From assembly GCA_963662275.1 (NCBI GenBank), contig OY759316.1, forward strand, positions 4,256,001-4,320,000: a stretch of 64,000 nt of DNA, given 5' to 3'. The number at the start of each line of letters is the position of its first letter. The stretch's first letter is position 1. The notes under the pieces are model-generated. The model ran no database searches and was not told the origin of the DNA. It saw nothing but the letters and a program-made list of their open reading frames with translations. The position numbers were made by a program, and so were the translations under genes. Below are positions 41,721-51,020 of the stretch, piece by piece. This stretch comes from Candidatus Cloacimonadales bacterium. GTDB taxonomy: Bacteria > Cloacimonadota > Cloacimonadia > Cloacimonadales > DAONDQ01.

Positions 41721-41910
41721 GGTGTTAGGTTTTAGGTGCTAGTCAGAGAAGATACAGAACTAGCTCTCCCCTAAATTGAACAACCCCCCTTAATCCCCCC
41801 TCGGCTAGGGGGGTAAATGGGAGGGGAATCAGACTCTTCTTTCCTTTTGCCCTTCTTCTCTCTTCTGCTCTTCCCCTGTCCGCTGTACCCTGTACGCTGT
41901 ACGCTGTAAC
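41721..41910. repeat. Mixed intergenic repeat cluster (heptamers plus C/G-run palindrome)
   Basis: ggtgttaggttttaggtgctag; CCCCCCTTAATCCCCCCTCGGCTAGGGGGG; ctgtccg/ctgtacc/ctgtacg/ctgtacg/ctgtaac (41876-41910). Confidence 0.7.
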
Positions 41911-41994
41911 CTTCTGCCAGAATCCCATTGACAAAAACATTCTGCTTTTTTATCTCACCAAATGAATCTGTTAACAAGAAATTGAGGTATAAAT

Positions 41995-42783
41995 ATGAGA
42001 TGCAGACATTGTAATGAAAAAGTGAAAGATCATGATTTCTGGTGTATATATTGCGGTCACCAAACCGGTGTTATTAAAACTTATTTAAGAGCCAAAATGG
42101 CACTCAATGAAGAATGGGAAGCCTTCACAACCTCCACTATTAAGAGTTATGGCTTTGCTATTCTGAACACCCTGGTATTCCTGATACTCGGTGGCGGAGC
42201 TTATTGGTTCAGCTTAAACGACAGCTTACTGCCAATTTCACATTTTTCTAAATACTTACTGAATAACCTTGTTTTCCTGATCGTGATTCCTTTCTTCCTA
42301 ACTCCTTTCGAAATGGCTTCTCACCTGGCTGCACAGCCTTGGAGTATGAAGGATTATTTCATTTCCCTGAAAGAGTATCCACGTTATTTCGTATTCGTCT
42401 TCTTCAATATCGTCTATTTCTTTGCCTTAAAATATATCTGCACCGGCGACCCTATCTTGCATCTCGTCAGATTTGTCATGGTACTCTACTGGATATCCAT
42501 TGTGCTACCCGCACCTGTGATTATGCAGGAACTGAAACTCAATCCCTTTCAGGTGATCGTCAAATCCTACCAGGTTGGCAGGGAAACACGCTGGCAGCTT
42601 TTCTTCCTTTGGTTCATGCTATTTGTCATCAACTTTGTTGCTCTTCTGCCCGTTGGTCTGGGTCTATTAGTCACATTGCCTCTCACTTATCGTGTGATTT
42701 ATCGTTACTATAAGAAACTGGATGAGTTTGAACTAGTTACCGAACCTGAACAAGTTTTAAATCTGAAGTCGAAACAAGCGTAG
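41995..42783 (+). CDS. Membrane protein with N-terminal zinc ribbon
   Basis: CRHC...CIYCG followed by ~6 TM segments. Confidence 0.75.
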   Translation: MRCRHCNEKVKDHDFWCIYCGHQTGVIKTYLRAKMALNEEWEAFTTSTIKSYGFAILNTLVFLILGGGAYWFSLNDSLLPISHFSKYLLNNLVFLIVIPFFLTPFEMASHLAAQPWSMKDYFISLKEYPRYFVFVFFNIVYFFALKYICTGDPILHLVRFVMVLYWISIVLPAPVIMQELKLNPFQVIVKSYQVGRETRWQLFFLWFMLFVINFVALLPVGLGLLVTLPLTYRVIYRYYKKLDEFELVTEPEQVLNLKSKQA

Positions 42784-43078
42784 AAAAAATTAAGAATTAA
42801 TAATTGGCTGATAAGAAGTAGTTTGGAACGCTGATACCTCATCGGTGGATAGTCGAATTCTTTTCGACCTGTAACTTCAGAAGAACCAGTTAGAGTTTAC
42901 ATGAAAGCTAACCAATAAAATAGTAAGTAAATAGCAGAGCCGGTACATTGAGTGATTTCGACGAAGGAGAAATCGTATCGAAATAAACTGGTATGACACT
43001 GAATGATAGTGTACTGTCGTCTTCTCAATACTAACAGATGCATTTCGACTTTGTTCAATAACCATCTATTCACTCGTA

Positions 43079-43218
43079 GAACTCAACTTTCATCCTCGGC
43101 AGCGAAAACCTGTTTTAGGTAAGTTCAAATCTGGATTGCAGCTAACATTGGGGTTGAACTCCAAATCTCCAATAACATGGATATACACATAAGATGGTTT
43201 GGAGATTTGAAGTCCAAC
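43079..43218 (+). repeat. Subterminal ~50-bp repeat plus long hairpin
   Basis: ctttcatcctcggcagcgaaaacctgttttaggtaagttcaaatc matches part of the 1088/2454 repeat; GTTGAACTCCAAATCTCCAA...TTGGAGATTTGAAGTCCAAC hairpin. Confidence 0.75.
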
Positions 43219-43330
43219 GAGTAAAGTATGGTCAGGATGGATGAAGACATATAGGTTTTCTCATTGTTTGAATATTTATCTTGACATTGAAACATCTGTT
43301 CTTAACCTATTATTAATTAAGAAGGTCATT

Positions 43331-44887
43331 ATGAAAACATCACATGTAATAGTTTTACTAATTCTATGCCTTTCTTTTTCTTTCCTCTACGGTGTGCATA
43401 CAATTTACGTAGATGGGACTACCACCTTCAATCAACAGGATGGTTCCTTTTGTTATCCCTTTAAAACAATTGGGCAGGCAGTTATATTCGATTCTCCTGT
43501 TAGAGAAAATCAACTGGTTGAAGTCAGAGATAGCATTTATTCGGAGAATGCAGATCAGAACATTCCTCCTTATGTGCATAAAACCAGAGATTATTTCGTG
43601 CTAAATCCAGATGGAAGCAACAGTATTATCTGGTGCAGCTTCCCGGTTCTGGATGATAGAACTTATGTAAATAATCAGTATCAGAATGAGATTCAAGTAA
43701 TCTTGGATAAATATTGGGCTCTTTCACCAATTACTCTCGTCTCGGCACAGTCGAAATATGGACTTGAATCAAATGATTTTAGATTTTATAATGGCCAGTG
43801 GCAATCCGGCAATTATCGGGCTTTTGCCCCTGTTGGTTTTAAAGTTCAATTTAATACTCCCTATATTGATAGTCTCCATATCAGCGGGTTATATCCTGAT
43901 GCTCATACCACTCCTCTGGCATTGACAATTCCAAGCAATCCCAATACAGTCAGAGAATATTGGCTGGGCTGGTTCCCGGAGCAGACACAAAATCTGATGG
44001 ATGCCTTTAAGAGACATATTCCCGGGGATTTGACCCATACTTATCTTGATTATCTGTATGAGATTAAGACCAGGAACTGGGCAACCCGCAGAATCATGCC
44101 CAAACCCGGCGCTGCCTGGGGAATTCCGGTCGGTCATCCCACATTATCCTGTGGTGAAATGGTGGCTGTGAAAGCTTTCAGCAATGCACCTGCTCAAATG
44201 TACTGGAATATTCCGCCAACAAGCCGTCCGCCTGTAATACGAGAGAAAGCTGAGATTTTCACTTATAAGGAGAAGCTGGATTATCTTCCTGTGTTTGTGG
44301 AGTTAGATCCGCAGGATATACCTGTAGAAGTTGGAATAATGGTGGATGGTATATGTAAAGGGGCTGCAAAAGTGGATAGTGATACCCTTGAAATAAATGC
44401 ATATTTACTGGATGAAACAAAGTCTGATCCGGAAGCGGATATAGAAATCGTATTCTCTTATGGAGATCGTGGTACAAAGTTGCAGAATAGCTGGACAGTC
44501 TTTAATCCGAATAAAATGGTCTTTGAAAAAAGGAAAATTCATCTCAGGGATATTGATTCTTATCTCTATTTCTCTTTTAAAGCGGGCGAAGGAACTCCTT
44601 TAATTCCATTAGAGACTGAATTAGATGCAAACTATCCAAATCCTTTCAATCCGGATACTCATATCTCCTTCACACTCGCCAAAGACATGCATGCCAATTT
44701 ATCCATATATAACTGTAGAGGTCAGAAGGTACGTACTCTTGTCAATGGTATCACAACGACCGGCAGGCATGATACAGCCTGGAATGGCAAAGATGATTCA
44801 GGAAGGAAAGCTGCCTCCGGTATTTACCTGTATCGTCTGGATACACCTGCATGCAAACTGACGAAGAAGATTGTATTGCTGAAGTAG
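43331..44887 (+). CDS. Secreted protein with FlgD-Ig/T9SS-like tail, possibly internally deleted
   Basis: Signal peptide MKTSHVIV; NYPNPFNP...YNCRGQKVRTL...WNGKD...SGIY. Confidence 0.8.
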   Translation: MKTSHVIVLLILCLSFSFLYGVHTIYVDGTTTFNQQDGSFCYPFKTIGQAVIFDSPVRENQLVEVRDSIYSENADQNIPPYVHKTRDYFVLNPDGSNSIIWCSFPVLDDRTYVNNQYQNEIQVILDKYWALSPITLVSAQSKYGLESNDFRFYNGQWQSGNYRAFAPVGFKVQFNTPYIDSLHISGLYPDAHTTPLALTIPSNPNTVREYWLGWFPEQTQNLMDAFKRHIPGDLTHTYLDYLYEIKTRNWATRRIMPKPGAAWGIPVGHPTLSCGEMVAVKAFSNAPAQMYWNIPPTSRPPVIREKAEIFTYKEKLDYLPVFVELDPQDIPVEVGIMVDGICKGAAKVDSDTLEINAYLLDETKSDPEADIEIVFSYGDRGTKLQNSWTVFNPNKMVFEKRKIHLRDIDSYLYFSFKAGEGTPLIPLETELDANYPNPFNPDTHISFTLAKDMHANLSIYNCRGQKVRTLVNGITTTGRHDTAWNGKDDSGRKAASGIYLYRLDTPACKLTKKIVLLK

Positions 44888-44909
44888 GGATAGACCCGTG
44901 TGTCTATCC
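44884..44909 (+). repeat. GTAG-headed REP-like hairpin overlapping the stop codon
   Basis: GTAGGGATAGACCCGTGTGTCTATCC. Confidence 0.65.
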
Positions 44910-44935
44910 ATTCAAATATTGCACAGATTCAGAAA

Positions 44936-45166
44936 TAGACCCCCCTACCCCCCTTCTCAAGGGGGGATTAGAAAGTGGAGACTAAAATTAAGTTCAGATA
45001 AGGCTTAACCCCCCTTCTCAAGGGGGGATTAGAAAGGGTACTAAAATTAAGTTCAGATAAGGCTCCTTAACCCCCCTTCTCAAGGGGGGATTAGAAAGGT
45101 GAGACTAAAATTAAGTTCAGACAAGGCTCCTTAATCCCCCCTTGAGAAGGGGGGTAGGGGGGTCTA
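44936..45166. repeat. Foldback (MITE-like) element with 35-bp perfect terminal inverted repeats and three ~60-bp internal tandem units
   Basis: TAGACCCCCCTACCCCCCTTCTCAAGGGGGGATTA (44936-44970) is the exact reverse complement of 45132-45166. Confidence 0.92.
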
Positions 45167-45200
45167 AAGATAGCGTTCCAATTAGAATCTTGGAGAAGAT

Positions 45201-47771
45201 ATGTCAAAGACTATGTTATTGATAATACTTGCATTCTCAACAGGAATACTCTACGCTCTTACTCATACCGTAAACCTGGATGGCTCTGCCCAGTTTACTG
45301 CTGTCCAATCAGCGATCAATGCCTCTGCTACAGGAGATACTGTACTGGTATATCCGGGAAGATACTTGGAGAATATCAATTTCAATGGGCATAGCCTGAC
45401 CCTTGCGAGTTTGGAACTGACAACCGGGAATCCTGCTTATATTGATTCCACGATCATTGACGGTAATCAGCAAAGCAGTTGCATATACATAAACAGTAAT
45501 GAATCATTTGTTATCATAAGAGGTCTATTAATTACAAATGGGATAGGTTATTTATTTTCCAACAGTATTCTCCGTTATGGGGGAGGAATTTTTTGCCAAC
45601 TTGCAACAGAGTTTTCGATTATTAATTGTAATATTATTGGTAATCGAGCTGATGATGGAGGAGGAATACATTGTACTCGATCTAACATTACTTTGAAAGG
45701 AACTACTATACGTAATAACAGTGCAGCAAATGGTGGTGGCGGATTATTGTTCAACAACAATTACTTGCATCCCAATTCACTAATTTTCGATGCCCAGGAT
45801 AAATGCTCGATCTATAATAATGATGCATCTTACGGATTGGATTGCCAATTTAATTTATACAACTCTGTCCATGTGATTTTAGATACCTGCACGGTGATAA
45901 GTCCCTTGAATTATTTTATTACCGGATACGCATCCGATCCCCATATTGAGAATCCCATCACTTGTGAAGTTGAACATGCCTATATGACAGAAATCAATCA
46001 TGATCTGTATGTTGCTCCTAATGGAAATAATGCAAATGATGGCTTGTCGGAAGCATCTCCGCTTCGCTCCATATATTATGCCATGTATCATATAGCAGCA
46101 GACAGTTTAAATCCTAAGATGATTCATCTCGCACCAGGTAACTATTCATTTCCCGAAAACTATCAGCAATACGGAATACCTGTAAAAAGCTGGACAACCC
46201 TTACTGGAGAAACAAGAGAAACCACTGTACTTGATGGGAGTGGGACACAAATTCTAATCAGACCCGCAACTGGCAGCCGAAATGTTACAATAACCAATCT
46301 CACATGCAGAAATTCGAATATCAGTATTGCCCCCGATAAATCCATGAATTTGTTAATTAATAACGTCATAGTTGAAAATGCTTCAAGCGATATTGGATCG
46401 GGAATCGGTATTACCCGATGTAAGGACTTTCGAATAAAGAATACTACTGCAAGAAACAATTTTGCTTCATATGTTTATCCTGGCTTTTATTTTGGTGAAA
46501 ACAGAGGCACTAATTATCTGATTAATTGTATTTCTGAAAATAATACGAGTTTACAGGGAGATGGAAATGGCTTGAAGTATACCGATAAAGGAACGATTAT
46601 CATAGATGGCTGCACTTTCAAGGGGAATTTCAGTTCAGCAGAAGGTATGCCAACTATTTTTTCTATTGGGCGTAATACAGATGATGATACACTCAAAGTA
46701 ATAATAACGAATTCAAATATCATAGAGAATACTCAAACAGCATATACTTTTATGGCTCTAGTATCAGCCAATAACGGTATTGAAATCAGTAACTGCACTT
46801 TTGCCAATAATTCAGGAGGAAGCGCTGTGTTGGGAATAGTGGGTGATGCTGTCCTGAAGAACAATATCTTTTGGAATCCGGGTTTAACCCAGGAAGTACA
46901 GTTTCTCTATTCTCCTGATGATCCGAATAATTATGATGAGTATCTATCCAATAATATCATTCGGAATGGCATGGATGGTGTATTTTGTGATCCTTCCGAT
47001 TTCCTGCACTGGCAGGAGGGAAATATTGATGAAGAGCCGATATTCTTTGGGTGGGGAGATAACTCCTATATGATAACTTCCCTATCCTCGGGGATAGATG
47101 CCGGAACAACTGATACCACAGGATTATCGCTCTCTCCTTTTGACTTATTTGGAAATCCGAGAATAATGAATGGTTTGGGGATACAGAGCCGGATAGATAT
47201 TGGTGCTTATGAATACCAGGGTCAGATTCATGCTGGTTTTGCTGTCTCTGATACCAGTGGTGCAGCTCCTCTTGCCGTCCATTTTACAGATATGAGTATT
47301 GGTGATACCGATCATTGGGCGTGGGATTTCAATGGTGATGGTGTCCTAGATTCTGAAGAGCAGAATCCCACTTATGTTTATACAGAAGGCGGTACTTTTT
47401 CTCCCTCACTCATCGTCAGTTACGCAAATCGCTATGATAGCATTCGCAGGATGTCAATCATTACACCCGTTGCCAACCAAGACAATACAGCAGCAGCGAG
47501 GGAAGGATTATCAATATATCCGAATCCCTTTCAAAGCAGCACAACGCTGTCTTTTCATCTGAAATCACCGCAAAAAGTGAAACTGGAGATATTCAATATC
47601 AGGGGACAGAAAGTCAAGACCTTGATCAATACTTTTTTAGAATCCGGCAAGCATGACCTGGATTGGAACGGGACAGATGAAAGCAACCACCAGCTAGCTT
47701 CCGGTATCTACTTCTGTTCTTCTTACCTCGGGAATAAACATAGGATTCAGAAGCTAATCCTGGTTAAATAA
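45201..47771 (+). CDS. Secreted right-handed beta-helix protein with PKD domain and FlgD-Ig/T9SS-like tail
   Basis: GDTVLVYPGRY.ENI, GGGI repeats, second YVAPNG.N.NDG module, IDIGAYE, WAWDFNGDG PKD, YPNPF tail. Confidence 0.9.
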   Translation: MSKTMLLIILAFSTGILYALTHTVNLDGSAQFTAVQSAINASATGDTVLVYPGRYLENINFNGHSLTLASLELTTGNPAYIDSTIIDGNQQSSCIYINSNESFVIIRGLLITNGIGYLFSNSILRYGGGIFCQLATEFSIINCNIIGNRADDGGGIHCTRSNITLKGTTIRNNSAANGGGGLLFNNNYLHPNSLIFDAQDKCSIYNNDASYGLDCQFNLYNSVHVILDTCTVISPLNYFITGYASDPHIENPITCEVEHAYMTEINHDLYVAPNGNNANDGLSEASPLRSIYYAMYHIAADSLNPKMIHLAPGNYSFPENYQQYGIPVKSWTTLTGETRETTVLDGSGTQILIRPATGSRNVTITNLTCRNSNISIAPDKSMNLLINNVIVENASSDIGSGIGITRCKDFRIKNTTARNNFASYVYPGFYFGENRGTNYLINCISENNTSLQGDGNGLKYTDKGTIIIDGCTFKGNFSSAEGMPTIFSIGRNTDDDTLKVIITNSNIIENTQTAYTFMALVSANNGIEISNCTFANNSGGSAVLGIVGDAVLKNNIFWNPGLTQEVQFLYSPDDPNNYDEYLSNNIIRNGMDGVFCDPSDFLHWQEGNIDEEPIFFGWGDNSYMITSLSSGIDAGTTDTTGLSLSPFDLFGNPRIMNGLGIQSRIDIGAYEYQGQIHAGFAVSDTSGAAPLAVHFTDMSIGDTDHWAWDFNGDGVLDSEEQNPTYVYTEGGTFSPSLIVSYANRYDSIRRMSIITPVANQDNTAAAREGLSIYPNPFQSSTTLSFHLKSPQKVKLEIFNIRGQKVKTLINTFLESGKHDLDWNGTDESNHQLASGIYFCSSYLGNKHRIQKLILVK

Positions 47772-47873
47772 CTGATTAGGGCAGTTCTTCGGATAATGGT
47801 TGATTCTGGTTAAACTGATTGTAATCTTTGGAAGTCAACTTGCCTAGATGACTATTAAGTATTAGGAAATTTT

Positions 47874-47920
47874 AACTTTCATTCTTGGTACCAAAAAACC
47901 TGTTTTCAGTAAGATTAAAA
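47874..47920 (+). repeat. Diverged copy of the ~50-bp subterminal repeat
   Basis: aactttcattcttggtaccaaaaaacctgttttcagtaagattaaaa aligns with 43085-43131. Confidence 0.65.
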
Positions 47921-48034
47921 AGCCAAGATCGATAACTGCTATGTATGATGAAGCTACATCATTGCTGGAGATATCAAAATCAGTAACAGAAACTTTACGG
48001 TGTTACTTTGGACACTATTACTCCCCCAAGATAC

Positions 48035-48156
48035 TACCAATCTAAATCCAATCCCATACAAATTCCATACCAATCTCAAACCTGTTTGCCGAAACAGGAA
48101 TGAAACAGGAATGAAACTGGTATCAAACAGGATTGAAACAGGTATAAATATAGGGG
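48035..48156. repeat. 11-bp-period array ending ATATAGGGG
   Basis: taccaatctaa-type units x4, then gaaacaggaat-type units x5 (48091-48145). Confidence 0.8.
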
Positions 48157-48653
48157 TTCTATTGTGGTTCCCTGGAGCTAAGAAGGAGCGGAGAGTGGGG
48201 GAATTGTTCGTATCATGGCTTGTTAAGCCGTTAAAGGAAGGACTGTTAGTCTGGATCTCTTCATAGCTGATTAATGGGATAATATTCAATTTCAGATAAG
48301 AAACTGGGGATAACATCCCCTCGTTTAACAGTTTAACAAGCTGTGATACGGTTTTGAACTTTCCTGGGGTGCGAATACCGATTCTCCACATGCCAAATCG
48401 GAGTTTAGCATCCCAGTTTTCATGTAAACTCTAGAAATGAAGAAGCCCCGTTATTTCTTTTTTTGGATAAGAGAAGGGGCAAGTGATTTACGGCAGTAAT
48501 CCAGATGAGTTTTCCGCTCTATACTTAAGTGAGACAAGAATTCCATGAATAGATTTCAAGCAGGTGATACAAAAATGATACAGTCTTTGTTTACATCGTT
48601 GACAGTCAAATTATGCAAACAATTGTCCGATGAAATATATTCCTGGCAGAAAT

Positions 48654-48681
48654 AAAAAAACCGCATCTGAAGATGCGGTTT
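48654..48681 (-). terminator. Intrinsic terminator for the PPIase gene
   Basis: AAACCGCATCT-GA-AGATGCGGTTT with a 7-A run (U tract on minus strand). Confidence 0.8.
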
Positions 48682-48702
48682 ATCACGATTATCTAAGAGA
48701 GA

Positions 48703-50841
48703 TTATTCTTTTTCTTTTGCGGGTTTAAACTCAATATTCTTCGAAGGATTGTCTTCCTCAGGTGAATCTTTCTTGAGTTCTTCCAACATGAACTTCGCAG
48801 ATTCGTTCAATTCACCTTCCTTGAATTTATTGAGGAAGATAGTAAATTCTTTGATTGCATCATCTTTTTGCTTCAATTCTTCAGCAAGCAGAAACCCCGT
48901 CATAAACATCGCTTTGTAATCATCAGTATTATTAGGATAGCGCTTAATTATCTCATCATAATTTGAAACAGCTTCCATGAACTTGCCATTTCTTGCTGCT
49001 GTATCAGCGAGATCGAAATACTCCTTTGCGGTACGTGTGATATCTAATTTATCCGGGTATTTCTTAAAATTGAACTCGATGAGCAATTCATCAGTCACAC
49101 TCTCTCTCTTTTCTTTTTCTTTTTCTTTTTTGAGTGAAACTTGAATGCGTGATTCAACTTCAGTTAAAGTGCGATATGTGATGGGACTATCCTTGATAAC
49201 AGTAAAAAAGACCCAATCATTCTTGCTGTTTTTGAACAATGGGCTTGTTTCATTTACATTTGTATTCCACACTATGCGATTGTAGGTGGAATCTGTGCCG
49301 ATGCCAGGGATGATGTTATTCTTATAGATATTATCAATGATACCATCTTGCTCTGGTCTGATAGAAGATTTTCTAATCATGTCTAGGATGGCATCCTGTT
49401 TATTCTTCTTTATAAGAGCAAGATATTTGGGGCGCATTTTTTTCGCAGTTGCTTCGTTTTTAAAAGTCAGTTGCTGTATTTTACGTATCGGTTGAATAGC
49501 AAAACTGTCTTTATTCTTTTCATAGTATGCCTTCACATCATTATCAGTAATTTGAATCTTGTCGATGACAAGTTCGGTATAAATCTGTTGAAGAAGGACA
49601 TAGCGCTTCGTTTGAGAGTATGAATCAGCTTTGGAAACATATTGTTCGTAATTCAGCTTTTTTGCTTCCGAAGTAAATAGGTTTTTTGTCAAAACTTGAT
49701 CCAGGAATTGTGTTTTACCATTCCCTTTCATGAACATTTGCTGTTCTTGAGGAGACACCGTTTTAAAAGCATCCAGGAAGTCTTTTGCTGTCATATCAAG
49801 AGAAGGATTACTAGAAGTTATTAGCTTCTGATTCATCAGTTCAATGCTGATGTTATTATTCTTTTGATTTAATGAATCAAGAAGAACATCATTGATTTTA
49901 ACCTTATATGCTATTTTAAGGCTGTCCACGACTTGCTTGGTTAAATCACTTTCCTTCTGAGGACGTACTTTATTTTCGATATCAGCAGATACTTCATTAT
50001 ACGTCTTTTGTCTTCCGGGGACGCGAGAGATGACTTTGAAGATATGGAACCCCGTCTTTGTTTGTACCGGACCGTTTACAACCATCGAGTCAACAGGTGT
50101 TGCCATGATCAGTGAATCGAGTTGAGCATCACTTCCGACTCCGGGGACATATCCATTAAAGCGGATATTTTTTATTTTTCCTTGAAGATCCTTCGAGTAT
50201 TTGTTTGATGAATACGTTTTTACAGCATCTGTGAACGACATCCCTTTATTCAGGGAGGTGATAACTTTATCTGCTTCATTTTTATCAGCAGTTTGCACAT
50301 AAAGAATGGTGGTATTTGGATTTTCGTAGAATTTTACTTTGTTCGTGTTGTAATAATTATTTTTATCAGCTTCAGTTACGTTGATTCTGTTTTGAATATT
50401 CCGCTTGTAAAATTCTTGCATATAAAGAGGTTTGAGAGCGTCATCCATTTTTTTCATAATATCAGGATTTTTATCCAAACCTTCTTTTAATGCTTTCTGA
50501 TAGAAAACTACTTCAGTTGACATCATATCAAGAATTTGTTTTCTTCCCTGAGTCGTTTGGTATTGTGGTTGGTATTGGGCGGGGATTTTAGAAATTCTTT
50601 CTTCGACATCAGCCTTCGTTATCACACCGCCGGTATATTCAGCGACAATCGGGCTTGCAGGTTTTGTGGCAGTAGTATCTGGCGCATTTTTTTGCACAGT
50701 TGCTTTTTTTACATTGACGGTTTTTGTCCTTGCATTTTTTTCTTTTCCATTGATTTTTTGTTTTGCTGTTTGTACGGCAAAGAGGAATGATGCAGTACAA
50801 ATAAGGAAGGTCAGCAACAGGGTAATTTCTTTTTTGAACAT
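48703..50841 (-). CDS. Exported parvulin/PpiC-type peptidyl-prolyl isomerase chaperone with C-terminal TPR
   Basis: Signal peptide, SurA/PrsA-like N domain, two rotamase-like repeats (GPVQTKTGFHIFKV), TPR 'YPNN...KAMFMTGF'. Confidence 0.8.
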   Translation of the reverse strand: MFKKEITLLLTFLICTASFLFAVQTAKQKINGKEKNARTKTVNVKKATVQKNAPDTTATKPASPIVAEYTGGVITKADVEERISKIPAQYQPQYQTTQGRKQILDMMSTEVVFYQKALKEGLDKNPDIMKKMDDALKPLYMQEFYKRNIQNRINVTEADKNNYYNTNKVKFYENPNTTILYVQTADKNEADKVITSLNKGMSFTDAVKTYSSNKYSKDLQGKIKNIRFNGYVPGVGSDAQLDSLIMATPVDSMVVNGPVQTKTGFHIFKVISRVPGRQKTYNEVSADIENKVRPQKESDLTKQVVDSLKIAYKVKINDVLLDSLNQKNNNISIELMNQKLITSSNPSLDMTAKDFLDAFKTVSPQEQQMFMKGNGKTQFLDQVLTKNLFTSEAKKLNYEQYVSKADSYSQTKRYVLLQQIYTELVIDKIQITDNDVKAYYEKNKDSFAIQPIRKIQQLTFKNEATAKKMRPKYLALIKKNKQDAILDMIRKSSIRPEQDGIIDNIYKNNIIPGIGTDSTYNRIVWNTNVNETSPLFKNSKNDWVFFTVIKDSPITYRTLTEVESRIQVSLKKEKEKEKRESVTDELLIEFNFKKYPDKLDITRTAKEYFDLADTAARNGKFMEAVSNYDEIIKRYPNNTDDYKAMFMTGFLLAEELKQKDDAIKEFTIFLNKFKEGELNESAKFMLEELKKDSPEEDNPSKNIEFKPAKEKE

Positions 50842-50966
50842 CCTTTAACTCCTTTCAGGCAAAAGTAGAGACATAGTTTTCTTTGTCTTGAAGATGGATA
50901 AAACAGTCAAGGAATTTCATAGTAAAGATAAAATACCGAAGCGAAGAAAAAAAAATGATTGACCGA

Positions 50967-50983
50967 TTGGCACACAATGTGCA
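50967..50983 (+). promoter_or_regulatory. Sigma54-type -24/-12 promoter for the pilin gene
   Basis: TTGGCACACAATGTGCA (GG-N10-GC) 38 bp upstream of the pilA start. Confidence 0.7.
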
Positions 50984-51020
50984 TTAACAAATAAGAGTAA
51001 AAAAACCCAGGAGGAACATA

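Larger units (their letters stand above)
42893..48431. mobile_element. Putative non-autonomous element bounded by 17-bp inverted repeats, carrying two secreted-protein genes
   Basis: GAGTTTACATGAAAGCT (42893-42909) / AGTTTTCATGTAAACTC (48415-48431), 16/17 complementary, TA on both outer sides; no transposase inside. Confidence 0.5.

Noticed and set aside
44936..45166. CRISPR array (palindromic repeat with regular spacing); likewise 11022-11219
   Set aside because: Spacers are near-identical within each array, the last unit is inverted to form TIRs, and no cas genes are in the window.
47954..48391. ORFs 47954-48391 (-) and 48000-48266 (+) as a transposase remnant
   Set aside because: They span the 11-bp array, give low-complexity translations and show no DDE or HUH motifs.
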